Positions 38,845 through 50,344 of a DNA stretch of 64,000 bases are shown here, piece by piece. The notes beneath the pieces were generated by a model. The model ran no database searches. It worked only from the letters and a program-made list of their open reading frames with translations, and had not been told where the DNA came from. The stretch is from Ginglymostoma cirratum (lineage: Eukaryota): contig JAHRHZ010000283.1 in NCBI GenBank assembly GCA_024137785.1, positions 38,041,739 to 38,105,738 of the forward strand, given 5' to 3'. The first letter of the stretch is position 1, and each line of letters opens with the position of its first letter. Both the position numbers and the translations under genes were made by a program.

Positions 38845-39055
38845 TATTGTGGATGGTAGAAATCTGAAATAAAACAGGAAGTACTGGAGAAGCTCAGCAG
38901 ATCTGGCAGTATCTGTGGAGAGTGAAACAGAGTTCATATTTTGAGTCTGATAAGTTCTGGAGAACAATCATACTGCCCTCGAAACATTAACTCTGTTGCT
39001 CTCTTCACAGATATTGCTAGACTGCTGAGCTTCTCCAGAACTTCCTGCTTTTCTT
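38845..39055. mobile_element. Fold-back (inverted-repeat) element derived from a Penelope terminal repeat, decayed
   Basis: Arms 38875-38945 and 38977-39047 are imperfect reverse complements. The right arm matches the Penelope terminus at 47224-47285 (cgaaacattaactctgtt...cacagat..tgc.agac.tgctgagctt.tccag). Confidence 0.8.
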
Positions 39056-40899
39056 CCAATGAGGAAAACATTTGCTTTATCCTCATCTCCTACTTGTTTG
39101 CTTTCAGCCAAATTTGTAACCTTCATTCATAATCGCACCATTCATTTTTGCTAGGGTTGAATCCTACCATTCTCCTCTAAGATATCTTCTGGGTGATCAA
39201 TTTTTAAAAGCAACATTTGAAAAAAATCTTTAAGGACTACTGGATAATTATTTTAAAACATATATTATCATATTCCAAGTAAGAACAAAACTACTGGGAT
39301 GCCTCCTTCAATAGATTAAATCTATAGCTCATAAAGCCTTTCCAGTTTCTGACCTGTTTGCTTCATTGTTGGTATTTTGGCTTTTGTGAGGATTTCCATG
39401 CCACTTAAATTCTGTTTCTATTAAAATACATTCTTAAGGGGTGATACTTGAAAGAAAATATTTATTTCCTTTTATTCTATTGTTGCCGTCACTTACATGA
39501 CACAAACAATGCAGAACCAAATGATTTTAAAAATGGTCTGTCTGGGAATGAAGGGAAATAGGTAATGATGTATCTCCTGTGATTTCCAGGCCCAAAATAG
39601 GTGTGCAGTAGTCGAAATACAGCCGGAAATGTGTGATACCACATTGGTTCAGACACTGAATAGCCTCCAACAAGCACAGGCATCATTTAAATATGATCAT
39701 AAAGGGTCTTATGCCTGAAGCAGGGCCCCTTTGTTCAATTGATGTCCATGTACGGCTAAAATGTCAATTGCTTAATCCGCCCAGCAAATCATGCCAAGAA
39801 CAATCCATAAGCAGATTTTCCAAGCAGTATTGAAAGGAATCCTCATTGCTATCAGAACAAGTCTTTGCTTAGTTACGTAGGCTGCTGAAGTGCTATCTGT
39901 CTGTAATTTTAGCTGTTTTGGCAGAGTTCAGTGCAGTGATTTGGGGAGGGGGGTGGGGGCAGCAAGAACTGTTTCATAGAATTTGCTTGCTCTGAATTGT
40001 TCAACATGGGAACACTGCTGGGCTTAGCATTATGGTTCTGAAGTCAGGAGGAGGGGCAGCAGCAGGGAAGACAGCAAAGACCTGTACAGGCTGCAAAAAG
40101 AGTTCAAAGAGGGCATTATAACGTGGGCATTCAGGAACTGAACATCATTCCTGCACCTCACTGTGGCTGTAGCAGGAAACAGGGTGTTGGTTACCTCCTT
40201 CGGTGGCTGCTTCTTAATACATCTCTAATGGTGTTTAGAAGGTGCCTTCTGTATTGAAACTAAGGACACTAATAAACTTTATTACTCATGATCGTGGGAT
40301 GCAGGTGAATGGTTAGATGGCAACTCTGTCACACCCTCACTTGCAAATTTGAAATTCCAGATGTACAGGTCTCCAGTGTTCCCATGGACTATAAATAAGT
40401 CTAGTAATAGCCCTAAGATTCTACTAAGATTCACAAATGTCTCCATTATTAAAAGAAACAAAGCTCCAGCTTAACTCAGACCAGTAGGCTGAATAGCATG
40501 TGTAGATGTTTAAAATTACTTTGAACGTTCACCATTTCCAATCACACCAATCAACATCTTAATTGGCAGTGTTTTCCATTAAGGGCAAGGGAACTCACAT
40601 GCAGCTGATAGGTGAAGGAATTTTTTTGGTTGTCTGGTTTTACAGGAGTTTTTGCAGCTTATGGATCACTTTCCATCTACAATTTTCTGCCATTATTACA
40701 CTCAGTATGCCTTGTCTGCTTTTTCTGAAGCCCCTTCCTATTTCTTCTTTCTGGGTGGAGGAAAATTTGCAGCTTAGAAGCCAGCAGGTGAAGTTGGTGG
40801 TGACGGATGTGCTGAGAGTCTAGTTTATTGGACATCACATCAGTACGTGTGGTCTTCAGGCTCGGAAAAAACTGTTTGGGTGGTCTCTCAAAATTAATT

Positions 40900-41300
40900 C
40901 AGCAGTAGGCTTGGCTTCACGAGACAAGCTATTGAATAGAGCCTGTTACGTGCTGGGAGACCACCTATACCTGTGATTCACAAAGTTGCCCTTAACATTT
41001 TGCCACTGCAATGTTTGAGGTTGCCACAGGGGACACCCATCACGCAGCACAGTCGGAAGTGCACAGATGCACAGGGCTGACTTTCCTCACAGGCAGGATG
41101 TCATTTTCTGCACTCCTGATCTGAAGAAGAGTGGATGGCAATGGATTCCTTCAAACCCTCTGTTTCTGCAATTTGCCAATCTATCTGTATTGGAGCCCAG
41201 CACCTGTCTGGCAGCTTTTTCAACTTCCTTCAAATTTACAAGTTGTACATGCAGCAAGCCTTCAATACTCCACTGGAAAAATCTAAACCCAGTGGGCAAT
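40900..41300 (+). mobile_element. Highly decayed Harbinger transposase remnant
   Basis: PIPV...KVALNI-FATAMFEVATGDTHHAAQSEVHRC resembles the Harbinger ALPVAVKVTVALNFFASGSFQxxxGDxxGISQSxxHRC block. Boundaries are uncertain. Confidence 0.5.
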
Positions 41301-42479
41301 TTCTCTTGCTTCAAAAGCTCTCATTGGTTCAAAGTGTTACTTGGACTTTATTTGAATTAAATTATGAGCTGCAGCTTCTGGTGTATATTCTTCCTCAGCT
41401 TATGACTGCCTCACTTAACCTTGATGAACATTCAAAAGAGTTTCTTAAATAGATCCCTAATTTGCATGTGGAAGAGTCCTAGTGCTTAGAAATCTGCAAT
41501 GGATCCCACCAGTTTAACTGTGAAGTGAATGCCAATGCTATTTGTGAAATGCTGCCTAATGGTAAATTGGTATTCCTAGTGCCAGCTTCATACTTCAAAA
41601 ACGGTGCAACCCATATCAATTTCTATCTCATTTCCTGCTGGTGTGAACCTCATTTCCATGCTCCCAGTGCTGGACTGCAAAATGGTAATGTCCTGGAGAT
41701 GACACCATCCAGTTTGGAAATGGAGTCTACGCTCCAGCCATGCTGTGAAACTCCTTGGCACACTTTGCATAACTGCAATAATTTTCCCTTTTGTGCTGGG
41801 CTCACAAGTTACCCAACTCTGCAGTTCTTAGCAAGAGACTGAATTAGGATTCCAACCCCTCTGAGCTGTCTCTTGCCACCAGTGGCTCCTGCTGCCCACT
41901 GGGGCTAGCTGTTTGAACATGGCTGAATACCATTGCTGGAGTTGGTTCCTGTAACGAGTGGAACTTGTGACTGAGCCTCCTCCGGAGGATTGTTTTTGGA
42001 ATTTTTTTCTCCTGTAGGACCCTCCTGAAACTAAGCAGGAGGAAGAGAAAAGAGGGCAAGAATTAGAGAGGCAGAGTGAAGCTGGACAAATAGGTGAAAG
42101 TCTAGAGAAAGCATCTGGAAATGTGAAGGGCTAGTCCAGATCTGCTGAGATGAATGAATGGAAGTAAGCAACAAATGAGCAATGTGCTCAGATAAGCTGT
42201 CACCTTCTCTGTCCCAGATACTTATGACTAAGCCAAAACCAACCATTTCCAATCTTCTCTGTTTGTGTGGGGACTGATATGTTAGGTACTGCTCCTACAG
42301 TTTTGCTCCTCTCCATGACTTTATACAAAGTCTTGTCCTAAAGAAAACAGGAACAAAAGTTAATGTTGAAAAGACATGGCTTCAAAGATAGTAATCTCTG
42401 GATTACTCTCAGATATATACTAGTGAGTATATGAGTAGTAAGATAATCTAGGCTAACACAGGCTGTGAGAATGGTGTGA

Positions 42480-43430
42480 GAGGGAGTTTTTCTGATGCCT
42501 GGGGCATTGGGATCACTTCTAGTACACATGATGAATAGGCTCCACTTCATTTGAACTGACTCCAAAGTCACAAGGGGATTCAGTAGGCAAGGGTTACAGG
42601 GCATGTGTGTAAAGGGGATTGGGATAGATGTGGTTGATGAGTTTCAAGCACAAATAGAGCCATACCATTGCCATTCACAAAAGCCTGAGTAATGGCCTGT
42701 AGTCTTCTGGAAAAGTTGGCAAGGATAAAAGGAATTGGAGCTTGGATTACAATATTGATCAAAGATACATTTACAACAATAGAAAGAGATGATATACTTG
42801 AAGTTTCAACTAAAATTTATTTGGTTATATTAAGGAATGTAAAAGAACTGTTATGCTGTTGGGTCAACAAACAGTGTGAAGAAGCAAATTTGAAGCCAAA
42901 CCATAGAAAGATGCAAGAAGTACAGATCAGTGATGACAGATCAGTGATGATGGAGCATAATGGGGATAATTCACCGAATATAAACTTTGAACAGAACTGT
43001 GCTAAGGTAAAGAGGGAAAGGAATTCTAGAAATGTTTAGAAGACAACTTTTTGATCAATGTGTTTCCACCTCAATGAGAATGGAAGCAGTGTTGTATCTG
43101 GTTCTGGGGAATAGAATATGGCAAGCTGATTGTGCTTAAGTGAGGAAGCATTTGAGAAGTGGTGATCACAATATTTTTAAGTTCAAGCAGTTATAGAAAA
43201 GAACAAGTAAAAAAAATCAAATGTGAATATATTTGACTGGATAAATGCTAACTCTAATGAGTTGCGAAATGAAGTAGTACACTTGGAATTGATTCAAAGA
43301 TTAGGACATAAATCTTGAATGAGCAATTTCCTTCAAAGAAAAAATGGATTTGTTACAGTGATGATGCATTCCCACTGAGGGGAAAGGAGGGGTGTCCAAA
43401 ACTAGAATGTCCTGGATGACTGACTATAGC
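42480..43430 (+). mobile_element. Old CR1 fragment (ORF1 end plus endonuclease region)
   Basis: Degenerate motifs ggggcattgggatcacttct, gaagcagtgttgtatctggttctgggga (cf. AxLDLVL), gagaagtggtgatcacaata (cf. GxSDH) and cctggatgac (PWM). Confidence 0.6.
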
Positions 43431-44941
43431 TTCAATGGGCAGAATTTTCACAGTCCCTGTGGATCATGATGAGATGGTTAGGAAAATCGGATGAGATGTC
43501 TAGTGAGGACCTTCTTGATGTCAAGATCAAAAGACCTGTGTTCTGACCAATTTTTGGATAATGAGTCAAAATTCTTGCTGCTGAGTGGCAAAAGCTCAAT
43601 TTGTATGGAATATCCCTCATTAACAGTGTTATTTTTACTTAACAGTGTTATTCGTACTTACCCCTCAACAACTTCTCTTTTAACTCCTCTCATTTTCTTC
43701 AGGTAAGAGGGGTGGCCATGGGTACCCACATGGGACCTAGTTATGCCTGTCTCTTCATGGGGTACATGGAACATTCCTTGTTCCAGTCCTATTCAGGCCC
43801 CCACCCACAACCCTTTCTCCAATACATCGATGATACCATCAGTGCTGCTTCCCTTTCTCGTCTGGAATCAGAAAACTTCATCAATTTCGCCTCCAATTTC
43901 CACCCTGCCTTCATTTTCACCTGGTCTGTCTATGACTCCTCCCTTCCCTTCCCTGACATTTCCGTTTCCATTTCTGGGAATAGACTGGCCACTAATAACC
44001 ACTACAAACTCACTGACTTCCACAACTACCAGGACTATACATCCTCACACCCCACTACCTATAAAGACTGCATCCCATTCTCAGTTCCTCCGTCTCTGTC
44101 GTATATGCTCAGATGAGGCCAACTTCAACAAGGGAGTGTCTGAAATGTCCACCTTCTTCCTCAACCGAGGATTCCCCAGCTCCTTTGTCAACAGGGCCCT
44201 CAATCAGGACGGGCCCATCTCCCGCACTTCTGCCCTCACCCCTTCTCTTCCCTCCTGCAACAGCAATAGGGTTCCCCTTGTCCTTACTTACCATCCCAAC
44301 AGCAACCACGTCCAGAAAATCATCAGATGCCATTTCTGTCACCATCAGTGAGATGCCACCACCAGACACATATTCCCCTCCCCCACTAATTTGTCCGCCT
44401 TCTACAGGGACCGTTCTGTCCAGGACACCCTGGCCCACATTTCCTTCACCCCCAACACCTCCCCACACCCCCACAGGACCTTCCCTTGCAACCAGCAAAG
44501 GTGCAACACCTGCCCATTTACCTCCTCCCTCCCCAGTACTCAAGGGGCCAAACATACCTTCCAGGTGAAGCAACACTTCACCTGCACTTCCAAGAATCTA
44601 GTCTACTGCATTTGCTGCTCACAATGTGGTCTCCTCTACATTGGGGAAACAAAGCTTGAACTGGGTGACCACTTCACAGAACATCTATGTTCTGCTCGCA
44701 AAAAAAGACCCTGAACTACCTGTTGCCTGCCACTTTAATGCACCACCCTGTTCCCACGCCAACATCTCTGTCTCTAGCTTGCTGCAGTGTTCTGGCGAAG
44801 GTCAATGCAAGCTGGAAGAACAACACCTCATTTTCCACTTGGGGACCCTGCAGCCCTCCGGACTCAATATCGAGTTCAATAATTTTAGGGCCTAAACTCT
44901 CCCACGGCCCAGCTCCCTACCCCACACACCAGGCCTTGTTA

Positions 44942-46478
44942 GACAATAGACAATAGGCAATAGACAATAGGTGCAGGAGTAGGCCATTTGGCCCTTCGAG
45001 CCAGCACCACCATTCATTATGATCATGGCTGATCATCCACAACCAGTATCCTGTTCCTGCCTTATCCCCATAACCCTTGATTCCATTATCTATAAGAGCT
45101 CTATCCATCATTTTCTTGAAATAATCCAGAGACTTGGCCTCCACTGCCTTCTGGGGCAGAGCATTCCATATATCCACCACTCTCTGGGTGAAGAAGTTTT
45201 TCCTCCACTCTGTTCTAAATGGCCTACCCCTTATTTTTAAACTGTGTCCTGTGGTTCTGGACTCACCCATCAGTGGAGACATGCTCCCTGCCTCCAGCGT
45301 GTCCAATCCCTTAATAATCTTATACGTCTCGATCAGATCCCGTCTCATCCTTCTAAACTCAAGTGTATACAAGCCCAGTCGCTCCAATCTTTCAACATAT
45401 GATAGTCCCGCCATTCTGGGAATTAACCTCGTGAACCTATGCTGCACTCCCTCAATAGCAAGAATGTTCTTCCTCAAATTTGGAGACCAAAACTGCACAC
45501 AATACTCCAGGTGCGGTCTCACCAGGGCCTTGTACAGCTGCAGAAGGACCTCTTTGCTCCTATACTCAACTCCTCTTGTTATGAAGGCCAGCATGCCATT
45601 AGTTTTCTTCACTGCCTGCTGTACCTGCATGCTTGCTTTCATAGACTGTTGTACAAGAACACCTAGATCTAGTTGTACTTCCCCTTTACCTAACTTGACT
45701 CCTTTTAGGTAGTAATCTGCCTTCCTGTTCTTGCCACCAAAGTGGATAACCTCACATTTGTCCACATTAAACTGCATCTGCCATGCATCCGCCCACTCAC
45801 CTAGCCTGTCCAAGTCACCCTGTATTCTCATAACATCCTCCTCACATTTCACACTGCCACCCAGCTTTGTGTCATCAGCAAATTTGCTAATATTACGTTT
45901 AATGCCTTCATCTATATCATTAATGCATACTGTAAACAGCTGCGGTCCCAGCACCGAACCTTGCAGTACCCCACTGGTCACCGCCTGCCATTCCGAAAGG
46001 GACCTGTTTATCACTACTTTTTGCTTCCTGTCAGCCAGCCAATTTTCAATCCAAGTCAGTATTTTGCCCCCAATACCATGTGCCCTAATTTTGCTCACTA
46101 ATCTCCTATGTGGGACTTTATCAAAGGCTTTCTGAAAGTCCAGGAACACTACATCCACTGGTTCTCCCTTGTCCATCTTCATAGTTACATCCTCAAAAAA
46201 TTCCAGAAGATTAGTCATGCACGATTTCCCCTTCGTAAATCCATGCTGACTCTGACCTATCCTACTACTGCTATCCAAATGAGTCGTAATTTCATCTCCA
46301 GCATCTTTCCCACCACTGACGTCCGGCTAACCGGTCTATAGTTCCCTGTTTTCTCTCTCCCTCCTTTCTTGAAAAGTGGGACAACATTAGCCACCCTCCA
46401 ATCCATAGGAACTGATCCTGAATCTATAGAATATTGGAAAATGATTACCAATGCATCCATCACAATGATTACCAATGC
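44942..46478 (-). mobile_element. Young 5'-truncated CR1 LINE nested in the Penelope element
   Basis: Uninterrupted 453-aa ORF (44917-46278) with QHGF, LDFQKAFDKVPH, QGSVLGPQLF, KFADDTKL and RPHLEYCVQFW; (CTATTGT)n-type tail at about 44942-44970; 4-bp flank duplication gtta (44938-44941 and 46479-46482). Confidence 0.96.
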
Positions 46479-46569
46479 GTTATCACATAGCCTGCCATTA
46501 CACACCCCCTTGATAACAAGGTGTGGAGCTGGACGAACACAGCAGGCCAAGCAGCATCATAGGAGCAGG

Positions 46570-46608
46570 AAAGCTTGACGTTTCGGGCCTAGACCCTTCA
46601 TCAGAAAA
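46570..46608 (-). ncRNA. Minimal hammerhead ribozyme motif, Penelope type, with intact core
   Basis: The minus strand reads uuuu-CUGAUGA-A-GGGUCUAGGCCC-GAAAC-GUC-aagcuu: CUGAnGA box, stem II GGGU/GCCC, GAAA box, palindromic ACGU helix-III remnant and GUC triplet. Stem I is weak. Confidence 0.7.
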
Positions 46609-46631
46609 TTTTCTGATGAAGGGTCTAGGCC

Positions 46632-47031
46632 NNNNNNNNNNNNNNNNNNNNNNNNNNNNNNNNNNNNNNNNNNNNNNNNNNNNNNNNNNNNNNNNNNNNN
46701 NNNNNNNNNNNNNNNNNNNNNNNNNNNNNNNNNNNNNNNNNNNNNNNNNNNNNNNNNNNNNNNNNNNNNNNNNNNNNNNNNNNNNNNNNNNNNNNNNNNN
46801 NNNNNNNNNNNNNNNNNNNNNNNNNNNNNNNNNNNNNNNNNNNNNNNNNNNNNNNNNNNNNNNNNNNNNNNNNNNNNNNNNNNNNNNNNNNNNNNNNNNN
46901 NNNNNNNNNNNNNNNNNNNNNNNNNNNNNNNNNNNNNNNNNNNNNNNNNNNNNNNNNNNNNNNNNNNNNNNNNNNNNNNNNNNNNNNNNNNNNNNNNNNN
47001 NNNNNNNNNNNNNNNNNNNNNNNNNNNNNNN
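46632..47031. other. Assembly gap (400 N)
   Basis: Run of N. Confidence 1.
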
Positions 47032-47196
47032 TCCAGCTCCACACCTTGTTATCTCGCACTCTCCCAGCCTGATCGTTATCAACTCTTTGTCTGTCCAACT
47101 GCTCTTCTCTCTCTTTAGGCTCTATCTTATAGTTTACTCCCTAACCCATCCTCTTCCCTTTTTTCTGCATATAAACTGACGTTTTCCCAGCCACCA

Positions 47197-47240
47197 TCAG
47201 TTCTGAGGAAAGGTCACCGGACCCGAAACATTAACTCTGT
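47197..47240 (+). ncRNA. Hammerhead ribozyme motif in the Penelope 3' terminal repeat, probably mutated
   Basis: agtt-CTGAGGA-A-aggtcaccggaccc-GAAAC-att-aact. Stem I is agtt/aact; the stem II closing pair and the ACGT palindrome appear hit by G>A changes. Confidence 0.6.
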
Positions 47241-48589
47241 TTTTCCCTTCACAGATGCTGCCAGACCTGCTGAGCTTTTCCAGCGACTTTGTTTTTGTTA
47301 TTTGTACTTAATCTTACTTCATTACCACAATTCCCAATAATTTCTTTATCTTCTGCATCGACCTCTGAGAGTTGTGCGTGACAGTAATACCTGGAACTTG
47401 GATTCAATTCTGTGAATGGTGTTGCCAAGTATAGACTCTTACAGTGGCTGCATGCATTTGCAGCCATGCAGTTTGGAGGGAATGCTGTTAATTACTGTGT
47501 TTCCCATTCTCCATCTGCTGGACAGAAGACACAAAGAATTCTTTATTTGGAAGGCAGAATCATTGCTGTTGCTACTCCAGGCATCCATCTTGACTAGATA
47601 CCAGCATCTTAGGACACACTCCATGGGCAGTGGTCTCATTCACCCATCTATGGATATTTACATCCCTCTGGTCGACTTAAAAGTACACTTCTGCACTTCA
47701 CTATCACACTTGGAGTGCACTGGCACCTCTTGTTGCCATGCTGCTGCCAGGATATTTTGTGCCCAGGGACAGGCACTCAACTCATGGATTGGACCAGGGT
47801 TCATCTCGGGCTCCTTGCTCACTGTCTTATTGTCCAATCACTTTGTGCCCACTTTAATGCTCATGAGATCTCTGTCTTCCTATGCTTTTTGCTTTGTCCC
47901 CTCAGTCGAAGCTTGAAGGCCCACAGTACCTCTATCTTGCCTTGTGTTTCAGTGCAGACGCAAAGCCAGGCAGTTTGTCATGGTTGTCAGCTGTCATCAG
48001 TCAGTGGGGTGGGCACGTTGTTGCGTGGAACTGTGCTGTATCAAAATCATGCATATGGCAAACATGCTGCAAAGTGATTCGACTGAGCGGCCACATCACA
48101 AAATCTAAGGGAGACATCCTTCAGGAGTCTCAGCACAATAGGTTAAAGCAGCCGCCAAAATAGGTCCATTGGCCTTTTACATGGTCAGTCAATCACTTGG
48201 AGTGGTCAAGGTCGGGGGGTCTTACCTCTTACAGTTCAGGGAGCCAGCCCTGTGGGTCCAGTTCGAGGAGTCGCGGGAACATAGTCAGGGATAGAAACAG
48301 TGCAGGGGAAAGTCAGCAAGTTTGCAGCACCTGCAGACAGCGAGAGAAAAAGAGTTCATGTTTTAAGTCTGACGTGATTCTTTTTTGGAACTGTGCTCTC
48401 TGTGGATGTGAATGTCATCGACAGTCAGCAGGACTCTGGCTTCCATGAGGATTCAGTGCTACTAGATTTGTCACATGTGCTCGACAGGTCTGAGGCTGGG
48501 AGAGTAGAGTAGGGAGATGAAAACTTAGACCGATGGGTTGGGTGGGAATTTGGTGAATTTCAAAGTTGATGGGGATACTGGGGAGGGCT

Positions 48590-48750
48590 ACCCAGAATGA
48601 ACTACTGGAGAAACTCAGCAGGTCCGGCAGCATTTGTGGAGAGAAAGCAGAGTTTAATGCTTCAAATCTTCTTCAGAACAGTCAGGCTGGGCTTGAAACA
48701 TTAAATTTGTTTGTCTTTGTTTCAGATTTCAGCATCTGCAATATTTTGCC
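48590..48750. mobile_element. Decayed Penelope-derived fold-back element
   Basis: ctggagaaactcagcaggtccggcagcatttgtggagagaaagcagagtt...gaaacattaa...ttcagatttcagcatctgca; same family as 38845-39055. Confidence 0.7.
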
Positions 48751-49061
48751 TTTATAAGGGAATGCGTGCATTTGGGATGTTTTCCAATGGTATAAAGCTA
48801 AGCTTGAGTTTCACTGTTTGAGGAGAGACTGCTGTTTCCTTCCATCATGTTGTAAATAACTACTGTGCAATGGAGCTGAAAATGGTGACCACACTTGGAG
48901 TGGGCAGATTAAGCATTTCATTATGTGAGGGAGGGGGCTTCAATTTCATGCAACGTGACGCTCTTCAAAGGGCAAAAGCATTTCACAAACACCCGTACAG
49001 TACAACTGAAAGACACCTGCAAGCTATGTGAACCTTAGGCATTAACCTCCTGTGTGGATTC

Positions 49062-49153
49062 CAAATCCTTGCCCCAAGCACTCTTGACCACATCACCCAG
49101 CATCTTCAGCAAATCCTTGCCCCAAGCACTCTTGACCCACATCGCCCAGTATC
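49062..49153. repeat. Tandem duplication, unit about 48 bp, 2 copies
   Basis: caaatccttgccccaagcactcttgacc(c)acatc.cccag.atc at 49062 and 49110. Confidence 0.9.
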
Positions 49154-49637
49154 AATCCCACTAATAGCTGGGATGCTAAGCAATGTTTTCATTCATGGAA
49201 AGATTAACCCGCGTTGCCAAAGTAACTATCACCTTCCAAGTTCCTATCACCTCTACATGGTACAGGAGCTGCTCTTTTCACACCTTGGACCGCAATATAA
49301 CAATGAGGATCATTAATTTCTAAACCTTCAATGTTGTAGCTGTGGCTACACAGACATTCACACATACATCTCATGAAGAAAAGAGAGCACACATTTACAA
49401 ATGTAAGAATGTATTAATGAAGAATAGTCACATGCGGCGCCTACATAACCTTATAAGGTCATCTCTCTTTTCTTCCCACAATGTCTCAGTGCAGTCCTGG
49501 GTTCTGCAGCTGGACTGGAGGGTCTCTGCCCTACAGTGGAGTCATTAACCTTGGAGCTTTTGTCAGGTGACCCCCAGGGTGTTCATGGCTAGGGGTCCCA
49601 GACATGTTGAGTATGCCCTCCTTAGCTTGAACTCCAT

Positions 49638-49765
49638 GATATGGAGGTGCCAGTGTTGGACTGGGTGGGGCCAGGTCAGAAGTCATATGACACCAGGTTA
49701 TAGCTCAAAAGGTTTATTTGAAATCACAGGCTTTCGGAGTGCCGCTCCTTTTTTAGGTGAAGTGA
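49638..49765 (-). mobile_element. Second Penelope-type terminal repeat fragment with an eroded hammerhead
   Basis: The minus strand reads cacctaaaaaaggagcggcactccgaaagcc...aataaacc...ctataacctggtg. Stem II (GGAG/CTCC) and GAAA are retained, but the CUGAnGA box is lost. Confidence 0.55.
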
Positions 49766-49989
49766 CTTCTATGACTGGTGGTGACTTAACCTGAAGGTTA
49801 AGGGTTGAGGTTGAGAAGGAGAGACCTCGTGGTAACCTCAGCTGGTGCAGGAATTGAGTACATGCGGTTGGCATTACTTTGCAGTTGCCCAGTCAACTAA
49901 CCACTCCTCCCCAAGGCAATATAAACGATATGCTACAATTTTAAATGACTTCCTTGAACGAGAGGTTTGAGGTGTACATAAACAGATTT

Positions 49990-50336
49990 CATAGAATCCC
50001 TTCAGTGTGGAAGCAGGACATTCAGCTCATCGAGTCCACAATAAATCTCAAAAAAGCATCCCACCCAGACCCATCCCTTACACTATCCCTGTAACCTTGC
50101 ATTTTCCATGGCTAATCCACCCAACCTACACATCTCTGGACACAATGTGCAATTTAGCATGGCCAATCCACCAAACCTGCACATTTTTGGACCCTAGGAG
50201 GAAACTGGAACATGCAGAGGAAATCCGCACAGACACAGGGAGAATGTGCAAATTCTACACAGAGAGTTGCCCAAGGGTGGCATCAAACCCAGGTCTCTAG
50301 TGTAGTGAGACAACAGTGCTAATCACTGAGCCACTG
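49990..50336 (-). mobile_element. HE1/V-SINE-like tRNA-derived SINE
   Basis: Reverse complement of the 21151-21452 family (cagacacagggagaatgtgcaaa, caatttagcatggccaatccacc, gtgctaatcactgagccac). Confidence 0.9.
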
Positions 50337-50344
50337 TATTTTAA

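Larger units (their letters stand above)
46512..47053. mobile_element. Palindromic Penelope-derived fold-back element spanning the assembly gap
   Basis: Perfect 46-bp palindrome at 46586-46631 (centre 46608/46609). The first 22 nt after the gap (47032-47053) are the exact reverse complement of 46512-46533. Confidence 0.9.
43661..47295 (+). mobile_element. 5'-truncated Penelope-like element (RT plus GIY-YIG endonuclease, 3' terminal repeat) interrupted by two nested insertions
   Basis: GVAMGTHMGPSYACLFMG and QYIDD (RT, 43712-44116); HFTCTSKNLVYCICCSQCGLLYIGETK and PVACHFN (GIY-YIG, 44391-44895). The 3' UTR resumes at 46479-46511 and 47054-47295. A 15-bp TSD bounds it: tgttattcgtactta (43646-43660) and tgttatttgtactta (47296-47310). 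Confidence 0.92.

Noticed and set aside
43680-43710. Strong splice-like motif cattttcttcag|gtaaga
   Set aside because: It lies within Penelope RT coding sequence (SHFLQVRG), with no evidence of exon use.
46498-47179. ORFs of 157-218 aa
   Set aside because: Artefacts of translating the N gap.
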